64,000 bases of DNA from Sphagnum compactum (GCA_965153455.1 OZ234493.1:2480001-2544000), one strand, 5' to 3'; shown: positions 1 through 14,028, counted from the first letter of the stretch. A program made the numbers and translations. Notes: generated by a model from the sequence alone, not told the origin.

Positions 1-3000
1 AGGAAATCATTTTGAATCAATACATATTCAACCCATTGTAAAAATGTGATTACTTGAACCAGATGTGTGGAAGAACACTTTTTTTTTTTTGGTACAATAT
101 ATAAACATATGTGAATTTTCACAACCAATGTGAAGGTATTTAGAACTTAATTTTACAAATCAAAGTAAGGGACCCTTCATTGCGTAAATTGGTTACTATT
201 GTTTTTGTGAACTAGACATTCAGGAATTCTACCATTTTTTTTAAAAGAAAAATATTTCAATGTTTTATACAAATATGAAAAACTTGTGGTATTAAACTAT
301 TTGGATTGGAACAAACTAATGCCTTTGTTGCCAAAACAAGGTTATTGTTACATTGGGAGTTAGAAGGGGAGAATGTCCAAATCTCATTTTGCAAGAAAAA
401 ATATATGAATACTTGATTGATTATGGAAAATTAACAAAGCCTATTCACTTGGTTCAATGCAAGGGACATTCATTGGTTGGACTTGGTTACTATTGCTTTT
501 GTGAATTAGACATGGAAATATTGCTACTCTTATTTTGGAACAAAAGAGATTTGAATACTTTCATGTGGATGATTTATAAAACCAAATAAGTCAAAATGAA
601 ACAAATGAACTCGATTGCGTAGTTAAAAGAGGAGGATTCCAACTTTCATTTTGCAACAAAAGAGTTTTGATTATATTTGAATGTACCTGTAAGATTATAT
701 ATTGGGAGCACATCGAAAACAAACTTGATTGCAACTTTTGTAGACTCTAGATGTGTGAACCTAATTTGATGGAAATGAAATTGGATTGATGGATGAAATT
801 GGCCATATACATCTTTTGACCATGTTAACATGAAATTCAACCATGTGGATGACAATCTTGTTCACCTATAAATGCAATATCTACTATGTTGTGAAATTTC
901 ATCATTTTATGACCATGTAGATGTCATATTTATCCACATATGTGTTAGGTTTACCTTTTGTGTTCAATTTCATTTTGAAAAATCAATTTTATCCATGGAA
1001 TTCTTTTCACCTATGTAATACAATGTCATTTGTGTGATCAATTTCATTCATGAACAAAATGTATAGATATGGCCAATAATATTGTACATGCAATTCCATC
1101 GACAAATAATATTATTCATTTGCATCCAAAATCATTTTTATTGAAATGTTCACATTTCAACCATGTATGACAATCACATTTTTGTGATTCGCATTTGTGA
1201 ATAACATTCATCCAACTTCATAGCTTCAATTTTTATGATTTAAAAATAAATTATTTGATTCATTTTAGATTCCATTCATTTGATAACATTTTTTTCTTTC
1301 CTTCCTTCCTTCCTTCCCACCCCCACCTTATCCCTATGCCTTTCCTTCTATTCCCTTGTTTCATTTCCCCCCTTCCTCCTAACCTTTTTCCTTTCTTCCT
1401 TCCACCAATGACCCCACATTGTTCCTTCACAATACTAAAGGATGGCAATTGGCAACTCCTTGTGGAAGGTTTTTTGTCTTTTCTCATTGTAGATCAAGAC
1501 ATTGAAAGAAAACATTTTCTCGATTTGGAGTTTGAACAAACTTATTACCATCTATTGATGTGCTTGTGGAACCTTTGCAAAATTGAAGATTAAACACAAT
1601 TATGAATATAATTAAACATATCCAATGTATGCGTTGAAGAACCACAAATTATTTTATATGTGTGGGGGGGGGGAGGAGGGGCGGGGCGGGGCGGGGGGGA
1701 TATGGAAGGCTTTTTGTGTTTTTAGTAGCACCTATAACCTTCAAAAGATACATGATAATTGAGAAAATTGATAATTTGCAACTACTTCCAAAGAACATGT
1801 AGGTGCAACAATCACTCAATTTGCTTCAGGAAGGAATGAGAAAAATGTTAGAAAATGTTCGATGATAGGTGCATGTTCAATGACGAGCGATTCTAACGTA
1901 TTGTTGTGCGAAAAAGGGGTTAGGGTATGTTAGGTGATTTTTACTTAGAATCAATCAATATACATGTCAACAACAATCACCAATGTGAGGATCTTTGATG
2001 ACATTTTCTAATGGGAACTTTGGGAACAATGATGGATATAAGCACTAGTCGTATTGGGAACTTGGATTTACCCTCCCTTCCCTTAAAGAAGAATATTAAT
2101 TTTTGTCATGTGTGTTTTTTTAAATTAAAAAAATAAAAAGTAATTTTTTAAAAAAAGGTGTGAATGGGAACTTGGAAATTATTACAGGAACGTATTATAA
2201 CACCATTTGGGAACACCACATCGGGTTTGCTCAATTATTGTGGCCCCCAGGACACCATATTATTATTTCGAAGCTTTCTGATTGGTCACATTCTCCGAAA
2301 ATCAGTACATCAGTGCATTATTATTGTTCCGCCCGATGTCAGAATTATTAAATTTGGTGCCTTTTTCCCCATTTTTTATTGTTTATTTTTTCCCTTTAAA
2401 ATTTTTTTCCCCCTTTTTTTCTCCTTGTTTTTTCCCCCTTAATTTTCCCCTTTTTTAGGGGGAGAAAACCGGAGAACGACAGCACTCAGATTTCAAAATC
2501 CAACGGTCCTCAGAGAACCGAAACAAGCTACCATCCTCCGGATAAGACGCGCTTACCTTCCAGTAGCTGGCACAGGTAAGATCCAAAGGATTCAAGGCTT
2601 CCGTCCAGTGGTCGCCAAATCGGTACCCACAGCGTCCGTCGGTCGCCTGACCCGTTGTGACCGTTGAAGCTCTTCGTCGTGGTGGCTATGGCGATGGTGC
2701 GGTTTGCGAAGATCCTTGAGACTAGAGAGATCCGCACTCTTCCTTTCTTTGGTCATCATCTCTCTGGATGCGCTCACACTTGCGTTCCATTCTCCGCTTC
2801 TTTGGTGTGCATGGGTGTCTATTGGCTTTGTGTCTAGAGCTTCGTACAAAACGTTTTCCAGAAGTCTTTTTGTTTTTTCATAGTCTGGTTTGGCAATCCC
2901 CTCTCCCCAGGTGTGTGTCCTGTAGGATCAGAATAGCCTTTTGTTTCTGTTAGTCCGTTTAAGCTTGAGAGCTTGGAAGAGTTTTGTGGGTTGTTGGCAT

Positions 3001-3051
3001 TTCTGGTGATTGTGAAGTTGTTCGTAAGGCAGAATTGTGGTTAGTCTACTC

Positions 3052-3077
3052 TGTTGTTGTTGTTGTTGTTGTTGTTG
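3052..3077 (+). repeat. (TTG)n microsatellite just upstream of the EB1 start codon
   Basis: tgttgttgttgttgttgttgttgttg. Confidence 0.9.
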
Positions 3078-3110
3078 TGTGCCTGTGATTTGGAAAAGTG
3101 AGAAGACGAG

Positions 3111-5260
3111 ATGGGGGCGTCAAATATAGGGATGATGGATTCAGCCTACTTTGTGGGAAGGAATGAGATATTGGCGTGGGTGAACTCCACTTTGCATCTG
3201 GCTCTTTCCAAAGTGGAAGAGGTTGGTAGACCATCCACCTAAAACGCTTTTGATGGTTTCTCTCGTGTGTTTCTCTCGCGGGGATTCCTTGACAAAGCAG
3301 GTTTAAGCCTTAAAACAGAGGTCTTGAGACTCTGAGAAAAAAAGGAGTAATGTGGAATGGAAGTCTCAAGCTTGAGCTCTACTGACTGACGACAATACTC
3401 ATCAAGCAAATCTGTTTTCTTGCATTTCAGGCAGCTTCTGGAGCAGTGTATTGCCAGTTAATGGATGTGGTGCATCCTGGAATGGTGAACATGCACAAGG
3501 TGAACATCCCAACCCTATCATCTGCTCCATATTGCAGTACCCTGTGCATTCATGCAACAGAGGGAGGCTGTTGAGATGAAGTCTTTTGCAATCCACAAAC
3601 AGATCTTTGGGCTTGTAATTTTTTTTTGACGTGGAATTATTATTAACTTGCTTCCATTGACGTTTCAACATGTAGGTGAGCTTTGGGGCAAACACAGAGT
3701 ATGATATGATTCAGAACTACAAGGTGCTGCAGGATATCTTTAACAAGCTCAAGATTGCCAAGGTGCCTCAACTTTTCCTAGGATCCATTGTATTGATTAG
3801 ATCTATTCAAAATGCTGTTACATGGTGCAATGTTTTTCTCTCCAAATGCGCACCTTACCTATTTCCTTATGAGGTGGTATCCAATTCATTGAGAACTTTG
3901 ATCATCTGGCTGCAGCACATAGAGGTCAGCAAACTTGTGAAAGGACGACCGCTCGACAACTTGGAATTCATGCAGTGGATGAAACGCTACTGCGACTCTA
4001 TCAACAACAGCCATATCAATCCCAAGTAAGTAACACTGTACAGATTTGCCACAAATGTTGGAGCTGGCATTTTGTTGTTGACTATATGAAGCAGTAATTG
4101 CTGATGTAAGTAGTGTGGTGATTTCAGGTACAATGCAGCAGAGAGAAGAGAGGGTTGCAAAGGAGGGAAAGAAGTGAATAGAAAAACAGTTATGACTGCA
4201 AACAGTCTCAGTGCACCTCCCATCAAGGCATCATCCAATGCAGGGTCCCGACCAACCACCCCGGGTAACCAGGCTGCACCTCCAGCGTGCCGAACAGAGA
4301 ACACAAATCCCAATAGTAAGCTAAATCTTATTCAATTCTCATTAGAATGAGAACAAAGTGGACTCTCTGTTGAGTGAAGCTCCCATTATTACTTAGTTCA
4401 AGTCACTGAACTTCACTGGTCAGAAAAGTCTATGGATCAGCATGCTGTGGAATTGATCAACCGAGGTGTGTTGCAGTGAGCAGGGCAACAAAGAACCCCA
4501 GTGTGGCTGCATCTCCAGCTCCCAAACAAATCACAGTACTGACTGACCAGGTGATTAAAAAAGAAGCCCTTCTCTGCTGACAGCTACTCTCTTCCAATTT
4601 TTGTTTGGCCTGCCCTGCCTGAAGATTCCCTGTGGTACCAGTTTCAAACTGGGTGTCTCTTGTGGGTGAGCAGAAAGGGAATGTGAAAAGATCTTGTTGC
4701 ATGGATCCATCATAACCTGCAGTGGGTGGTGTTTTCTTCAGATGATGTCTGCAAACCATGAAGACCCACATGCCAAACAGGTTACAGAGCTCAAGCTATC
4801 TGTTGACAGTCTGGAGAAGGAGAGGGACTTCTACTTTGCCAAGCTTCGTGACATTGAGATCCTGTGCCAAGCTCCTGAGCTGAGTCATCTTCCTGCAGTC
4901 ATGGCAGTTCAGCGAATCCTATATGCAGCTGAGGACAGCCCATCGGTGATTGCAGAGGCACAGGCAATGGTGGCAGACTGTGAAGTTGGCAACCATGACC
5001 CACACTCTCATGAGCATCACCACAGCTCTATTTCTGACATAAGTGAGATGGATGATGATGAGGGTCTACTTGGTGGAAGAGATGAAGATGAGCCTCTCTT
5101 TACCAACATGGATGACTCCAGTGAAGTTACGAAAAGAGATGTGCACAAACGGAAGTCCTTACTGGGTTTGGAAGAATCTGAGCTTACATCATCCTTGTCA
5201 CCTCAACAACGGCGACTTAGCTCCTATTCCTCAGACAACCGAGCATTTGCCTCACATTGA
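3111..5260 (+). CDS. EB1: Microtubule end-binding protein EB1 (RP/EB family, EB1c-like C-terminus), 7 coding exons, ~372 aa
   Basis: Exons 3111-3221, 3431-3499, 3676-3762, 3916-4025, 4128-4315, 4477-4550 and 4781-5260 have GT-AG introns and join in frame (1119 nt). CH domain: MMDSAYFVGRNEILAWVN...AASGAVYCQLMD...KGRPLDNLEFMQWMKRYCD. EB-homology domain: LKLSVDSLEKERDFYFAKLRDIEILCQ. Basic KRDVHKRKS in the tail. Confidence 0.95.
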
Positions 5261-5653
5261 AGTCCCTTTCTGTTAGTGAGTGCCCAGTGGTTTTGAGGTA
5301 ACTTTTTCTTTGTGTTCGAATGGACATAGCCTTAATCTGATCAACTCCCCAATACTTGACTTTAGACACAACTAGGCATAAGCCTAAGGGATGGGTCTTC
5401 TTCTTGAGCTCCTCATACTGAGCTGAAATACTTGTGAAGAAAGTTTGCTTCTTTAGGATGTTCTTCAGGTCTGGTTACCACCCTGTACCACTCTGTACAT
5501 TAACAGATGCCAATGACCAAGATCGATTGACTAGCACAAATTTTCTAACTCTTAATGGTCTTTCAACAGTCACATAATGCAAAATTTTGGCAGCATAGCA
5601 TTTTGAATTGTGGGCAAGAAAATTGGAGTGTGAGGGCTGGGCACTTGATAAAA

Positions 5654-5850
5654 CAGTACGAATACAAACTGTGAAAGCAAGGCCTGGCCTATTGATCCTT
5701 TAGTCTTTTGGAATTTGAAGCTAGAGGAGTCAGAAAAGTCACCAAAGGGATAACTTGGCAGCCAAGTGTTCATAGTAATGTTGCCTTCTGATCCTTCGAA
5801 GTTGGCTCTTCCTATCATTGTGAAGCAGAATTCACCCACCAATAGGGAAC
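5654..5850 (+). pseudogene. Degenerate fragment of nuclear 25S/26S LSU rRNA (3' peptidyl-transferase region)
   Basis: Matches the conserved LSU sequence CAGTACGAATAC..GGCCTATCGATCCTTTAG..GAATTTGAAGCTAGAGG..TCAGAAAAG..GGGATAACT..GGCAGCCAAG..TTCATAG..GATCCTTCGA..GGCTCTTCCTATCATTGTGAAGCAGAATTCACC..CACCAATAGGGAAC, with CpG->TpG/CpA changes and small deletions. No further rDNA on either side. Confidence 0.9.
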
Positions 5851-8800
5851 TCAAGCACATGTCTGGCAAGAGGACTAGACTATAGAAGCTTTGCATCGAC
5901 GTTCAATGGAATACAGTGAGAGAGTGAATGGGTGAATGAAAATACAATAACTGGTTCTGCTTGGAGGTGGTGATCTGCTTCCAAGAAGGCCGACACTGAA
6001 ATATGAACTAGATATGTATTGGTGTTACAAATTCCTGAAACTAAGACATAGTTGTTTTACTAACAATAGTTCTACAATATTTCAAATATGATTGAAAATT
6101 GCTTATGTTCACTGGTTTTGGTGTCTCCATGATCTCCCATTATCGAATGATCCCTACTCAAATTGTTGGGGTGTTGATGTTAAAAGTTCAGAGACTATTG
6201 TAGTCAATTTCCAACCCCCTGCGCCCCCAAGCCACCAGATCTGGAGATGACCCACTAATGTCAGTCACCTTTTTTTTCTGATTTGTTTTTTCTCCACACC
6301 AGGATGCTCCACTTTGATGAAAACCACCCTCTCTTCATTGCCCTTCATTTTATCACCCTTCAATTGACCTTCTGTGTGGTTTTTAAAATTAAAAAATCAA
6401 AAAAAAATCTCACGGGTGTTGGGGAAGTGTGTCTTGGCTATTGGGGGAGGGACAACACCTGCCATGGCTATTGTGACCAGCACATTAACGAGTGATCACC
6501 AAAATTATGTTTATATAAGTCGGGGTAGCGTCACATAATCCACCAGCATCACATACCCACTCTCATCAGAATCCAGATAGGTGGAATGGGCCTGGTGTGC
6601 TACCAGCCTAGCAGTGTTCCATTATTCAAAATTCAATGCACTCACATCTCTGAAATTCCCACAATTATGTCCCTCAATTATTCTTTCATTTACTTTAATA
6701 ATGCATATACATTGGTCAATTATAGTTTCATTTACTTAAATAATGGATATATGTGATGAATCATTCCAATCAATATTATAATTTGCAAGCCTTGTTTGGG
6801 CTTTATACCAGTATGTTGGATTGTATACTTCCCACTATACCATTAGCTGTAAGAATACTCAAAATCAAATGTTGGAATTCCCTCAAAAACGTTTCTGCAA
6901 AGCTAATACAACAAATACCAAATCAACATCCAATTTCTTCTGTTTTGGCATTTTGTCAAGTACAATAAGATTGCTCACTTAAACATGGAAGCAAAGTTAT
7001 AAAACCTTCATCACAATAACACTAGCTGTAGTTTGTACAAGCCATTCCGTACAACTTCACAAGCTTTCAACCTAAACCCTCTCCAAGCTAAAAACTTGAC
7101 ACAACATGAACAAGCTTGACAGGAAGCTTATCCTCTTTCTAATGTCAAACTGTCCTTACTACATGGATACCATAATAGGCTCAATCTGAATGGTTATTGG
7201 GCCACTAAACTCTACCATGAGCTAGTAGTACATAAAGGGCCTCAACAGCTATTTTGCCCACTTTGCCAGCCTACCTGGATGCTGGAATTGGCAGCTGGGC
7301 AGAATCAGCCTTCCTGCCAATTTTCTGTTCTCCTGCTGTTCCCACTGCATTTGCTTCTTCCCTTCATGCTAGAAACTGGCAGAGCCTTGCAGAATTCACC
7401 AGGCCCTGCCCATTCTCTAGTACACTATTGTTCAGGTTCACTGGATCCATTGCACATCTACTTGACACACCCACAAACCCAGATTGAACAGAGCAAAGAA
7501 GGCTACATGATTCAGGAATGGCAGTAGAAGAGCAGCAAAATAAAAGAGTGATACCCACTGTCTTTCAGGTGGCTTAGCATTCATAAAGAATGTCAGATAG
7601 GAACAGCACACATATTATGAAGGCAAGAACCCAAATCACAGGCACTAGGAATGTCAGATGATAACAAGATCACAAATTTCTGTCTCCTAGGAAGAAGGCC
7701 ACATTAGAACTTTTTCTGGTCTCTGCAATAAATACATGCATGGTGGCACATGGTTTGCTTGATTCTGATACACATTTGCTGGTCTCAATGCTGAAAAATA
7801 TGATCTGCAGCGTCAGATCTGTCCAATTTCAACGGAACAGACTCACACAAACAATAGAAGAGATGTGTACCCAAATACCACAGTGAAAAGCAAAGACTAG
7901 CAGGGAATGATTGGATGCTCCAGCTGACTAACGTATTCTAAGACAACTAGCCTAAAAGCCCAGCAAGCCATACTAGTTTCCATCTACAAATTGGTGCCAT
8001 TAGAACAAATGATAGAAATGAAAAAGAATCAGCTGCAGGATACGCATCCAATTAACTAAAAACCTATGGATCTTGCAACAAAGACCAGTGCATGATTTGT
8101 TTCTCCTAATCAACCCCAACCTGCAACTGCAGTAGGTTTACAACCTTTTGTGTGATCCACACCTCAGAGCATAATTATAAAGTTGAATTTGCCTCCCCTC
8201 TTTTCAGACTAAGCAGCAACTCCTGGAAAAACACAAGGGAAACAAGTATTAGTAACTTCAACCTATGTTCATGGGTATAATTATAACTGCAACTGAATTC
8301 ATCAGAGAATGTCTGTCTCTTTGACACCCAGCAAAGTATTCAGGTGAGCAATGACTACACAAAAGTTCTCTGCCTCATTCACAACCCATGTCATGATTAA
8401 AAAGGACAACAGCACCAAAGGAACAGAACAAGACAATCTTAATCATAAGTACGTGGCAATGGCAGCCATTCCAGTAAATCTCTGATTAGACTCTGAACTG
8501 ACAAACAATATACCCTTTTGGTCATTGAGAGCCATGGTCTCTAAACAACACTCATTGCAATTGACCAACCATCACTAGTGTGATAAAGAATGAATATGAA
8601 GACATCACTAACCTAGACAAAAGAACTGACACAGACTTACTCCAACAATTACATTGATCATGCCAAGGCTCTAAATAGACAAGCTCTACATGTTTCTTGC
8701 ACAAAAACCACTGACAAACACAGGAAGGATGAATGTGACATCCATCCAGAACTGCACAGAATAACAAAACAAATCACAAGAAACCAGGTGCTAACACATT

Positions 8801-9053
8801 TGATTTGTTTTTCCCCCTGTAAGACAGACTGCAAACCTATTCACTGTTGAAGAAAAGCTTTAAACCATCAACAACTAAAACCACCTCCAGAAATGGATAA
8901 GCTTCAGTTCATTAGGATGCTATCCAGCATGACACAGACTGAGCTTCTACTCAAACCTCTCTGTGCACCACCACAACAACCTTGTTTAATAAGCAGAAGA
9001 CCTTATTAACAAATGGTGCCCCTAAAAGCCTGACCCGTGAACACATGCAGTCA

Positions 9054-10817
9054 CTAGCCAGTTCGGTCACCATCAGCAGGGTAAGGCCTGAAACGTGCAT
9101 CAGAACCTCGCTGTGTCTGTCTGCCTGCTACACCATAGCCCCCGCCGTAGCCTGCAGTCCCAGTGCCTGCACCTTCTGCAACTGCAGCTCCTGCCCCCAT
9201 GCCATAACCCCCACTTGCTGCACCCCCTGATCCAGATGAGCCTGTGTTATAGGCATCAGCTCCTGCTGATCTCCATGTGTTGTCTGCATATCCTGAGGTG
9301 TACATGTCCCCATAAACCCCACCATAGCTCCCACTACCAGTACCTCCTGCAGCAGTTCCATACCCACTGGATCCAGTCCCATAGCCGCTTCCTCGACCTC
9401 CATAGCCTGCAGCGGATCCATAACCACTTTCATTGCTGCCATAGCCATAGCCAGAACTGCCATAGCCTGCACTGCTTCCAGTGGCTTGACCCGCTCCAGC
9501 CCCACCTGAACCCCATGCTGCATTCCCATAGCCAGCCATACTGCCACCACTGCTGCCTCCATAGCCTCCTGAGCTACCTCCTGTGCCATATCCCCCTCCT
9601 CCACTTCCCCATGGGCTACGCCCACCCACAGGGCCACTTCCATAACCTCCACTCCCAGCCCCTGCAGTGCCATATCCACCACCACCATACCCACCCCCTA
9701 CTGGAGTGTTTCCATATCCTGCACCGCCATAGCCACCTCCTCCTGTACTCCCGTAACCCATGCTCCCACCATATCCACTCCCGCCATAACCTCCATTCAT
9801 TCCTCCACCATACCCTGCAGCACTGCCATAACCAGCAGCTGCTCCATATCCTGCTGCGCCATAGCCTGCATAACCTCCCCTACCCACAGGAGAGGGGCCA
9901 TAGCGGCTGTCCGCCCGACCACCATAGCCAGCTCCAACAGGACTTGTGTTGTAAGCTTGGCCAAAGCCAGATCCATAGTTAGTGCCTCGGCCTCCACTGA
10001 AGCCACCGCTGTTGTTGCGCCCAGTGGCAACAGAAAGCTCCTTTGGAACAGCCCGTTTGACCTCCACCATCTTCTCGTTGAGCTCATGGAACGGTTTCAG
10101 CAGAACGTTGTCCACTGCATCCTCAGAATCAAAAGTGATGAAGCCAAACCCACGAGGCCTTTGAGTATTGTGGTCATACATTACAACCACATCTGTAATA
10201 GTACCAAACTGCGCGAAATAGTTTCTGAAGTCATCTTCAGTAACAGTGGAAGCTAAACCTCCCACAAATATCTTCTTTGTCCTAGTGTGAGATGCTGCTG
10301 GCCCTTGGCCCCCGCTGCTGCTCCTAGGCACATTCTGCTGCTGCTCATCCCTGGGCACAGCTTTTTTCGCTTCCACCTAAATATACCAATTAAGAGAAAG
10401 ACAGACTTAAACTAGTTATTACTCCCAGTACATACCCTGCATTGCACCACATCCACACGCACGCAACATCCCACGATCCATCCCATCACAGCAGCAGACA
10501 CGACAACCTTTCCCTATAACCCTTATTAGACACCACATTCAACCCCACTCGCATTCCAGCCCTAAAAATCTCCGCCTTAAGTAACTGAGGCTTACCGTTC
10601 TGCCATCGATGGTGTGCTTCTCGTTTACCACTCGATCAGCCACAGCCGGATCCGCAAAAATGACAAATCCAAAACCTCGCGCCCGTCCGGTCGCTCTGTC
10701 CTTCATGATCACCGTTTCCGTCACTTCCCCGTAAGCCTTGAAATAGTCCCGCAGTTTCTCCTCCGTCGTCTCCCATGATATTCCGCCTATGAACAGCTTC
10801 CCCTGATCGGAATCCAT
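9054..10817 (-). CDS. Two-RRM hnRNP A/B-type RNA-binding protein with Gly/Tyr-rich low-complexity tail (RBGD-like), ~514 aa
   Basis: Exon 1 is 10817-10596 (MDSDQGKLFIGGISWET...RGFGFVIF...HTIDGRT), then a GT-AG intron. Exon 2 is 10376-9054 (VEAKKAVP...KKIFVGGL...RGFGFITF...VEVKRAVPKE), followed by GYG repeats and a C-terminal RFRPYP (PY-NLS-like). Confidence 0.95.
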
Positions 10818-13800
10818 TCCCCCCTATCTCTACTGGATCTAAAACCACCAGTGCGTGCAAAACAAAGAGCAAAACCCCAAGTTCTTCTAACGGAACCAAG
10901 GACACAGATCCCTCCGGATGATTCTTCAACCAAAAAAAAAACTAAAAATTAAAAAAAAAAAACCAAAAAAAAAAGGAAAAAGAAAAAAAAGAAAAAAGAA
11001 AGAAGAGAAGCGAGGTCGGAAGCTCCGAAGTCCTCTCCGTCGGAAGGACAAAACCTCCCGTAGATGGCTAGCCGGGGAGGACAGAAGGACGCACACTCCG
11101 AGGGAGAGAGAGACAGACTGTTACGAAGTGCGCGAAAAGCAAAAAACGAACGAGGCAAACAAACAAGGGGAAAAAAAAAAAGACAAAAAAAAGAAAAAAG
11201 GTGTGTGATACTTACTTGCACCCTTATTCCCGCATCCACGGTTGCAGTATGTTAGAAGCAAGGATGGACGGCACAGATTGGGTCCCCATTTGGGCATAGG
11301 GGGACATCATTTCTATTATCATTATTATTATCATTATTATCATTGTTCATTGCTATTATTGTAACTAGTTGTTATTATTGTTATTATAATTTCATATTAT
11401 TAATCCATGTTCCTGAATTATATATATATATATATATATATATTTTTAATATTTATTTATTTTTCTCATCTCTTGGAAGTACAGGACAAAACTTTTGTCA
11501 TGTAAGTCAAAATGACGCAAGTCAGTCAATTTTCCTTCTCCTTTTTGCTCAGGACTGCCTAGCCTAGTGGAAGTAGTCCCTGTAGAGGATAATGCTCCTG
11601 AGAGCATTCATGAAACAAAGGGGGTTGGTGTGTCCTTTTACACACTGTGGGCTTGCCATTTACATTATTAACAAGCATCTTAAGCCAACAAGAAGAATTA
11701 TGGAAATTCAAATATTTCACAATGCCCCAAAATTATAATCTTCAAAACAATCCCCTAAAAGAAACCAAAATCCTTCAAGATATCATAACTCTATATAACT
11801 CATCTCAAGTTTCAACACAAGCCAAACTATATCATCCTTCAAAAATCCTCGGTAATAAAAATGGACCTATTATTACTACACTAGGGGCCGGGCCAAAATC
11901 CCTTAAGCTACCGTACTCTATAATGAATCTAAACACAATATCCTTCTTGCCTTGGTAGCCAAGGCCAACAAAAGGCAAGGCATAGTTGAGCCTAGCCTCT
12001 CTCATTTCCAAAATGCCTATTAGCTTTGACCCAGGGATGGATGCAAAGTGCAGCCTTTACAATTTTGGTGGATGTAAAAGCTGTATGTAGTGGAGCACCC
12101 TCGGTCAAAATTATACCTCAACAGAAGATGGCCTCCACAGAAGATGGCCTCCTCTAGGGACATCTTATGTGTACTAATAAGCATAAGGTTCCTTCACACT
12201 TGAGAAGGGGTATATATTATTTATGAATATAAGTGGTAGCTCTCTAATATCATGTCTATTGGGCATTGCAATTGGGTACTAACTCTACTAACTTATATCA
12301 TTGAGGTAAGGCTTGAGATTCATTAACATCCTTTTAGACATTCCAATAGGTGGGATATGGTTGCAACATTGACATTAGGACTTATGCTTGAAAGGTGGGC
12401 TCTATAGATAATATGGTCATTGCTTCGATATTATGTGTGGTGGGTAAAACCATATTAAGGTGAAGACATTCACAAAATCAAAGGGCTTAAACCAAGGTGG
12501 TAACCCAAGTTTCACATTTTGGAAATGCCCCCACCCATGGGCCTTACCCACTATAAAAAGCATGAAATGAATCTCACCGTAAGTTTAAACACTTGTAGAT
12601 CATGAGGCGTTTAGAGAAGGAAGGATCTTACACCTAATATTTAGGAGTGGGGAAGCTTTGCTTACTTATGAATGTAAAGGTCTTTCTTACTTTTAAATAG
12701 TACACAAAGATCTTTCATTGTTTCCTAAAGAAATATTTGTGGAAATAAGGTATCTTCAAAATACATTAAGAGTTTTTCAATGTCAGTATGGTATCAAGAG
12801 TTTTGTGTATTAGTTTGGTATTGGTATATAGGTTTTAGCCAAAATGAAATATTAGTCCAACACCAATATTTGAAAAGAAAATTGGAAATCAAGTATCAAT
12901 TTAATATAAGTAACATGTACGATGTGAACAAGTCATGCAATGATATCAATATAGGTATGTTTAGTGTTATACCAATTGGTATATGCAACGACCAATAGTT
13001 TTGATTTAATTTTTTTGTTAATTCATATATATTTTTTGAATTTTTTTCATTTTGTTGTTCAACAACGTATTGTAAACAAAAGTGAAAGGGGAGAAACTTA
13101 GATCCCCTTTCTATCCTATCCTTCTACTGAAAACAAAATTTTCATTTCACAGCTTTAATTTGTTTATTGAAAAGAAAGGAGAAAGGAAACAAGATGAAAG
13201 GTTTTTTCAATTCTTTTCCCTTGTTTATCCTTTCCCTCCATAAGTGAACATCATACTTGAAAAAGCAAAATCAAAGCTTTGATACAAAAGGTGAAAAGTA
13301 AACCTTGTTGATCATCCAACTCCTATCAGCAACTCTTGAGGGAAGATAACATCCACCTATCATGCATGTTGTTCTTTACACCATTTACATACCATGCATG
13401 GATGTTAACAATTCATATTTGCACACATAATTTTAAATACTCCCTAGTATGAATATTGAAACTACTATCAAATTGGTTTGACATTTCTTTTTTTGTCTAG
13501 CATTAATACCAATGTATCATGGTATCAATTTAAGTATTTACATATTAGATATTAGAGTAGTCTAATATTTGATACCAATGTTGATACCAATCAAAAATCA
13601 TATATACAAAACCAACACTATGAAATTTTCCATGTTTGGCTAGTTGTGGCATTTGTTTCCAACTTGTTTCCTTTTAAAAACCGTTTGTTTTCCTTCACAA
13701 TAACTTCTTAGCCTTGGGTGTTTAATTTTAAGGTTCATATTTGGAGTTGTAGGGTATCCATTTAGTTTAGCAACTTATTTTAATATAATTTTTAATTTAT

Positions 13801-14028
13801 TTTTGTTAGTCCAATATCATGAAGTAATAATTATTAACAAATGTTCAAAATGATACATGTTGTTTTTGCAATATATAGCATCATTGGTGATTATTATCAT
13901 TTGAAGTTGCATCATATTTGGGTCAATATAAACACTTTTGGTTGGAAGAAAGAAACAATCATATTTGAATTGGCGATTAACATCAAAATTAATAAAGGTA
14001 ATGGATGGAACCATTATTAACTGGGAAC

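Noticed and set aside
1661-1700. G-rich tract as a functional G-quadruplex
   Set aside because: Sequence potential only, within low-complexity intergenic DNA, with no supporting context.
5570-5896. 108-aa ORF, or a functional rRNA gene
   Set aside because: The ORF is the antisense reading of a decayed rRNA fragment. The fragment is ~200 bp with deletions, so it is not a functional rRNA.
9095-10256. His/Leu-rich and other ORFs overlapping the RNA-binding gene
   Set aside because: They are antisense or shifted-frame shadows of the Gly/Tyr-rich codon repeats.
10918-11255. Lys-rich and Phe-rich ORFs
   Set aside because: They come from poly-A/T tracts in the 5' UTR or promoter of the RRM gene.
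11581-12632. Solo LTR (TGTAG...TTACA)
   Set aside because: The termini are plausible and one end resembles 59662, but no TSD was found and the left boundary is unclear.
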